From: an uncultured Candidatus Babeliaceae bacterium
GTDB taxonomy: Bacteria; Babelota; Babeliae; Babelales; Babelaceae
Assembly (NCBI GenBank): GCA_964426225.1
Contig: CAYRPI010000002.1
Span: forward strand, 1-26,574
Direction: 5' to 3'
DNA length: 26,574 nt
How positions within the stretch are numbered: position 1 is the first letter of the stretch; the number at the start of each line of letters is the position of its first letter. This document shows, one piece after another, positions 22,967 to 26,574 of this stretch. The position numbers and the translations under genes were made by a program. The notes beneath the pieces are model-generated. The model was not told where the DNA came from, searched no databases, and was given only the letters and a program-made list of their open reading frames with translations.

Positions 22967-23875
22967 CTATACTATATTTTGGATCTGTTCGCGGGATTTT
23001 TCAAGCTCAACTTTTATAGTAATTACAAGAGCACCCAATTCTGAGTCTGCGCATTTTGCACCGATAGTGTTTACCTCTCTAAACATCTCCTGCAAAATAA
23101 AATCAAAACGTTTGCCCTTTTCTGCCCCCGTGCTACGCAAACAGGTATTAGCACTGACTATATGAGAACCCAACCGGACTATTTCTTCATTAATATCAAG
23201 CTTCTCAAGCTGCCCATACACAAGCTGGACATAATGCTCTTTATTTTCTACCGCAACCTGCGCAAGCAATTCAACAAGGTTTGCGAGAAGCTTTTCACGC
23301 TTTGCCTCAACCACACTTTTAGCACGCACCTTTATCTCATCAAGAGCCGCCTCCACTATGGCAAAACGCTGCAGAAGGTCTGCCTCCAATGCAGCACCCT
23401 CTCGAACACGTTCCTTAACAAGATCCTGGATCAATAGGGAAAGTTGTTCAAGAATGACATCAGAAACACGAGGGTCTGGTTGCCCCCCTTCTGCAAACTC
23501 AATAGCATAAGGTAATGTCAGCAAAGTATTTATATCGACCTGATCATTAAGCTTGTAAACAGCTCCAAACTCTTTGCTAATTGCATCTGCCGCCCGCAAA
23601 TATCCTTCAATAAGGGCCAGCGCAGGAACAGGGCGGCTGCCTTGCGTAAGCGGAGAGCTTACATAGAGCATGCATTGCACTGTTCCTCGCACCAAGCCCT
23701 CTTTTAACTTTTTCAATAAAATGGTTTCTAAATGCGACAAAGCATACGGCAACTTGCACGATGCCTCAAAAAACCTCCCATTGAGAGATTTAAGATGCAT
23801 ACTAACCGAAACCACGCCTGTTGGAGTCGTAAGTTCAAATGTTCGAGACGCAAAGCCCGTCATACTCTGTAGCAT
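22967..23875 (-). CDS. yicC: YicC/YloC-family protein (endoribonuclease family)
   Basis: M..SMTGF start, KSLNGRFFE, RG.V, KLDINEEIVRL.SH, GKRFDF..QEM.REVNTIGAK, K.ELEK.REQIQNI end. Confidence 0.9.
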   Translation of the reverse strand: MLQSMTGFASRTFELTTPTGVVSVSMHLKSLNGRFFEASCKLPYALSHLETILLKKLKEGLVRGTVQCMLYVSSPLTQGSRPVPALALIEGYLRAADAISKEFGAVYKLNDQVDINTLLTLPYAIEFAEGGQPDPRVSDVILEQLSLLIQDLVKERVREGAALEADLLQRFAIVEAALDEIKVRAKSVVEAKREKLLANLVELLAQVAVENKEHYVQLVYGQLEKLDINEEIVRLGSHIVSANTCLRSTGAEKGKRFDFILQEMFREVNTIGAKCADSELGALVITIKVELEKSREQIQNIV

Positions 23876-23901
23876 AAAACCTCTTCGGGAACAAAATCCC
23901 G

Positions 23902-24618
23902 TTAACCTATATTAGAATACACATTTTGTACGTCATCAAGTTCTTCAAGCGCAGAAAGAAAATCAAACACCTGCTGCTCCTGACTTTCCGCAACTTCTGC
24001 CGCCGTTTTTGAGACAAGCTCAAGCTCCGCTTCTTCAATTTTAAAATCTAATTCTTGAAGCGTAGCCTTTACCTTTGGAAGAGCATGAGGATCACACGTT
24101 ATGGTCCAATGATTCCCATCACCTGAAACATCTTTAATGTCAAACTCAAGCAATGCCTCTAAGATCTGCTCTTCTTTCAAACTGTCACTGGTTCCACGCA
24201 CCACACCCAACCGTTCAAACATCCAGCTGACCGCTCCACTCTCGGCAAGCGATCCACCTTTTCGGGTGAATACACTCCGAACTTCTGAAATAGCACGGTT
24301 GCGGTTATCGGTAAGAGCCTCAACAATAATGGCTACCCCTGCTGGACCATATCCCTCGTAAATATGACTTTCATAGTGAACCCCTGGCAACTCGCCCGTC
24401 CCTTTTTTAATGGCACGCAACGTGTTATCCATCGGCATATTAGCTTCTTTTGCCTTCTCAATTAAGGAACGCAACGTGGCATTATGTGCAGGATCACCGC
24501 CTCCGGTACGAGCTGCAACCGTTATCTCTTTTATAATCTTTGTAAACAATTTGGAGCGCTGTGCATCAGCCGCTGCTTTTTTGTGTTTTATTGTTTTCCA
24601 CTTAGAATGACCTGACAT
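23902..24618 (-). CDS. yebC: YebC/PmpR family protein
   Basis: MSGHSKW..IKHKK, FTKI.KEITVAAR.GGGDP..N..LR, YEGYGPAGVAIIVEALTDN.NR, GGSL.E.G.V.WMF, LEELDDVQNVYSN. Start reassigned to ATG 24618 with a GAGGAG SD. Confidence 0.96.
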   Translation of the reverse strand: MSGHSKWKTIKHKKAAADAQRSKLFTKIIKEITVAARTGGGDPAHNATLRSLIEKAKEANMPMDNTLRAIKKGTGELPGVHYESHIYEGYGPAGVAIIVEALTDNRNRAISEVRSVFTRKGGSLAESGAVSWMFERLGVVRGTSDSLKEEQILEALLEFDIKDVSGDGNHWTITCDPHALPKVKATLQELDFKIEEAELELVSKTAAEVAESQEQQVFDFLSALEELDDVQNVYSNIG

Positions 24619-24658
24619 GGGGCTCCTCACTTGGAAAGAAAATTTCTGTTCAGGACCA

Positions 24659-24687
24659 ATCATAGCCCATCTTAAAGCCCTTGTCGA
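24659..24687 (-). promoter_or_regulatory. Putative promoter TCGACA-N17-TATGAT for yebC
   Basis: -35 at 24687-24682 and -10 at 24664-24659, ~40 nt upstream of the ATG and downstream of a terminator. Confidence 0.55.
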
Positions 24688-24733
24688 CGTCTATTTTTAA
24701 GTTAAAGAAAGGAGACTAAAAAATCAAAGTATC

Positions 24734-24770
24734 AAAAAAAACGTGCCAATCCATAACGAATTGACACGTT
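24734..24770 (-). terminator. Intrinsic terminator after the 191-aa exported protein
   Basis: On the minus strand AACGTGTCAAT / ATTGGCACGTT (11 bp, one U-G), 9-nt loop, followed by a T-run. Confidence 0.8.
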
Positions 24771-24792
24771 AAAATCAGGATATTCGATAACC

Positions 24793-25368
24793 CTACCCTT
24801 CAACTATCTTATTCAAAAGAGCTCTAACATTCTTCAAGAATGTAATCAGGCTTTCACGATCCCTAAACGCATTCTTCACATTACTATCGAATGTTCTCTG
24901 CGCTTCGGGCACCATCTCTTTATAGCGAGCTAAAAACTCTCCAACAAGCTCACGGTCATTCCCGAATTTATTAAGCATTTCAATAAAGTGAGAGACTCGC
25001 TTATTCATAGCCACCACCTGACTTGGGGATGGGAACGGCTTGACCTCAACGTCAACCTCTACCATTTCAGGCAAAGGCTTAGTCTCAAACCGAGCCATTT
25101 TTTCTGCTTCCCGAGCCATTTGTTCTTTCATAGCCATTTGTTCTTCCATAGCTACTTCAGCTTCTCTTTGAGACGGCCCCACAACTACAGGCTTATTGAA
25201 TAAATCTCGAACTGGCGCAACAGAGACAGGTGCCACCAAACCCGCACCTCGTTTTTCTACTGAGCCCGGCTTTACAGCCATCACGGCGGCTTGTTCATTC
25301 ACTATACGTGCATGAGCAAGGCCTGCCACACTAAGCACAGCAAGCGCTACAAAAAGCTTACTATTCAT
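24793..25368 (-). CDS. Hypothetical exported protein with a short Met/Glu/Ala-rich internal repeat
   Basis: AAGGAG SD, signal peptide MNSKLFVALAVLSVAGLAHA, own terminator; no recognisable family. Confidence 0.8.
   Translation of the reverse strand: MNSKLFVALAVLSVAGLAHARIVNEQAAVMAVKPGSVEKRGAGLVAPVSVAPVRDLFNKPVVVGPSQREAEVAMEEQMAMKEQMAREAEKMARFETKPLPEMVEVDVEVKPFPSPSQVVAMNKRVSHFIEMLNKFGNDRELVGEFLARYKEMVPEAQRTFDSNVKNAFRDRESLITFLKNVRALLNKIVEG
25091..25152 (-). repeat. In-frame 18-21-bp tandem repeats (AMEEQM-AMKEQM-AREAEKM-AR)
   Basis: GCTATGGAAGAACAAATG GCTATGAAAGAACAAATG GCTCGGGAAGCAGAAAAAATG GCTCG on the minus strand. Confidence 0.8.
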
Positions 25369-25399
25369 ACTAAACTCCTTTAAAATTTATTCAAAAAAC

Positions 25400-25597
25400 T
25401 TAACAACTCGACCGACACGAACCCATGAATCCACCACACTTGGAAGAACCACAGGAATTTGTAGGCTTGCACTTAGAGCAACATTGACAATACGCCTTCT
25501 CCCCATTACTCGTTGACGGTTTGTCCGAACCACGATGCGTATCCGTTCCCACTGTTTTCTCTTCTGCACTATGCGACATTTTATTTTTGTTATGCAT
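25400..25597 (-). CDS. Small Cys-rich orphan peptide (65 aa; metallothionein-like or precursor-peptide-like)
   Basis: GGGAGG SD before ATG 25597, upstream TTGACA promoter, 8 Cys in the last 29 residues. Confidence 0.65.
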   Translation of the reverse strand: MHNKNKMSHSAEEKTVGTDTHRGSDKPSTSNGEKAYCQCCSKCKPTNSCGSSKCGGFMGSCRSSC

Positions 25598-25688
25598 AAA
25601 ACCTCCCTTTTTTTGAAAATACAACTACTTACACAGCAGTAAAAAAATGGTCGCTGATAAAAATCCTGCCACTAATCTACTACCTTTT

Positions 25689-25718
25689 AGCCTATTAAAT
25701 TTATTATCAATTTGTCAA
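25689..25718 (-). promoter_or_regulatory. Putative promoter TTGACA-N18-TAGGCT for the small Cys-rich peptide gene
   Basis: -35 at 25718-25713 and -10 at 25694-25689; both hexamers and the spacing are identical to the promoter at 537-566. Confidence 0.6.
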
Positions 25719-25783
25719 TAGATTTGAAAAATAATTAAAAACAAGCCAATTGATTAAAATATAATAGTTCCAAAAAACAAGAT

Positions 25784-26574
25784 TTAATCGTGCAATAAAG
25801 ACGTCTGCCCTGCTATATTTTTTAAAAATAGATGAAGCATTGTTCGTGGAATTTGCCGTCCTCGGGGCGTTTTTTCTAGATACCCTTTTCGCATTAAAAA
25901 GGGTTCATAGACATCTTCTATGGTCTCACTATCTTCCCCAATCATGGAGGCAATCGTTTCTAAGCCCACGGGCCCGCCATTAAACATAGTTGCTATGGTT
26001 TCGATAATCTTTCGATCAACGGAATTTAACCCCTCTTCATCAATACCTAAAAAAGCCAACGCTTCTTTTACCAACTCCTTGGAAGCCTTATTGTTATTGT
26101 GTACCTGGGCAAAATCACGAACTCTGCGAAATAATTTCTTTGCAATACGAGGTGTTCCACGAGCACATCGTGCAATAAGACCTGCACCTCCTGGCTCAAG
26201 GGTAACACCCAAAAATCGTGCATTCTGTTCAATTATTTCGGCAAGCTCATCCTCTTGATAAAAATCCAATCGCTCCGTAATACCAAATCTACTCCGCAAG
26301 GGGGCCGATATCATCCCCGCTTTTGTTGTAGCACCTACAAGTGTAAAGTGGTTAATCGGCAAATTAACCGATTTAGCACCTGCTCCCTGTCCAATAATCA
26401 CATCCACACGAAAATGCTCCATCGCACTATAAAGCATCTCCTCAACCGGTGATGGTATTCGATGAATTTCATCAATAAAAAGAATGTCCTTATGTTCCAA
26501 ACTCGAAAGAATGGCTACTACATCACCCGCTCGTTCTAGCGTAGGGCCGCTGCAGATCTTTATTCCAACAGCCA
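25784..26574 (-). CDS. ruvB: Holliday junction branch-migration helicase RuvB, partial (5' end outside the window)
   Basis: Frame open to the window end: SGPTLERAGD..AILSSL, LFIDEIHR (Walker B), FTLVGATT.AG.ISAPLRSRFG, RGTPRIA, GGPVGL, VYEPFL...GYLEKTPRGR. Confidence 0.97.
   Translation of the reverse strand, partial: AVGIKICSGPTLERAGDVVAILSSLEHKDILFIDEIHRIPSPVEEMLYSAMEHFRVDVIIGQGAGAKSVNLPINHFTLVGATTKAGMISAPLRSRFGITERLDFYQEDELAEIIEQNARFLGVTLEPGGAGLIARCARGTPRIAKKLFRRVRDFAQVHNNNKASKELVKEALAFLGIDEEGLNSVDRKIIETIATMFNGGPVGLETIASMIGEDSETIEDVYEPFLMRKGYLEKTPRGRQIPRTMLHLFLKNIAGQTSLLHD

Noticed and set aside
25400-25597. A complete RiPP biosynthetic cluster around the Cys-rich peptide
   Set aside because: Neighbours are ruvB and an orphan exported protein; no maturase, protease or transporter in the window.

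Overview
Bacterial chromosomal window that is mostly housekeeping. On the minus strand: uppP-ftsK-murF-rsmH, then lemA-DUF2207-thrS-nth, then ruvB (partial), two small orphan genes, yebC, yicC and dnaE. A PIN-PhoH gene lies on the plus strand. The standout is a 6.4-kb tandem array (6520-12898) of three ~670-aa paralogous exported proteins. They carry about 27-39 Cys each, many as Cys-Cys pairs, alternate conserved blocks with hypervariable Cys/Thr-rich inserts, and end in a beta-barrel-type signal (W-G-x-W-x-G-G-x-x-A-F). Genes 2 and 3 share a leader more conserved than the coding sequence next to it, and it can fold as an H-type pseudoknot. My working hypothesis is an undescribed, possibly disulfide-crosslinked outer-membrane protein system with its own cis-regulatory element. 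Other points: a +1 frameshift splitting ftsK, a ~15-codon in-frame gap in rsmH, an orphan 65-aa Cys-rich peptide, palindromic repeats in the lemA leader, a palindromic element after rsmH, and three promoters with the same TTG(A/C)CA-N18-TAG(G/T)CT layout. The paralogue family recalls Ca. Dependentiae/Babelota (TM6), but that is an unverified impression. I found no rRNA, tRNA, CRISPR array or transposase. All functional calls rest on motif recognition by eye, with no database searches.
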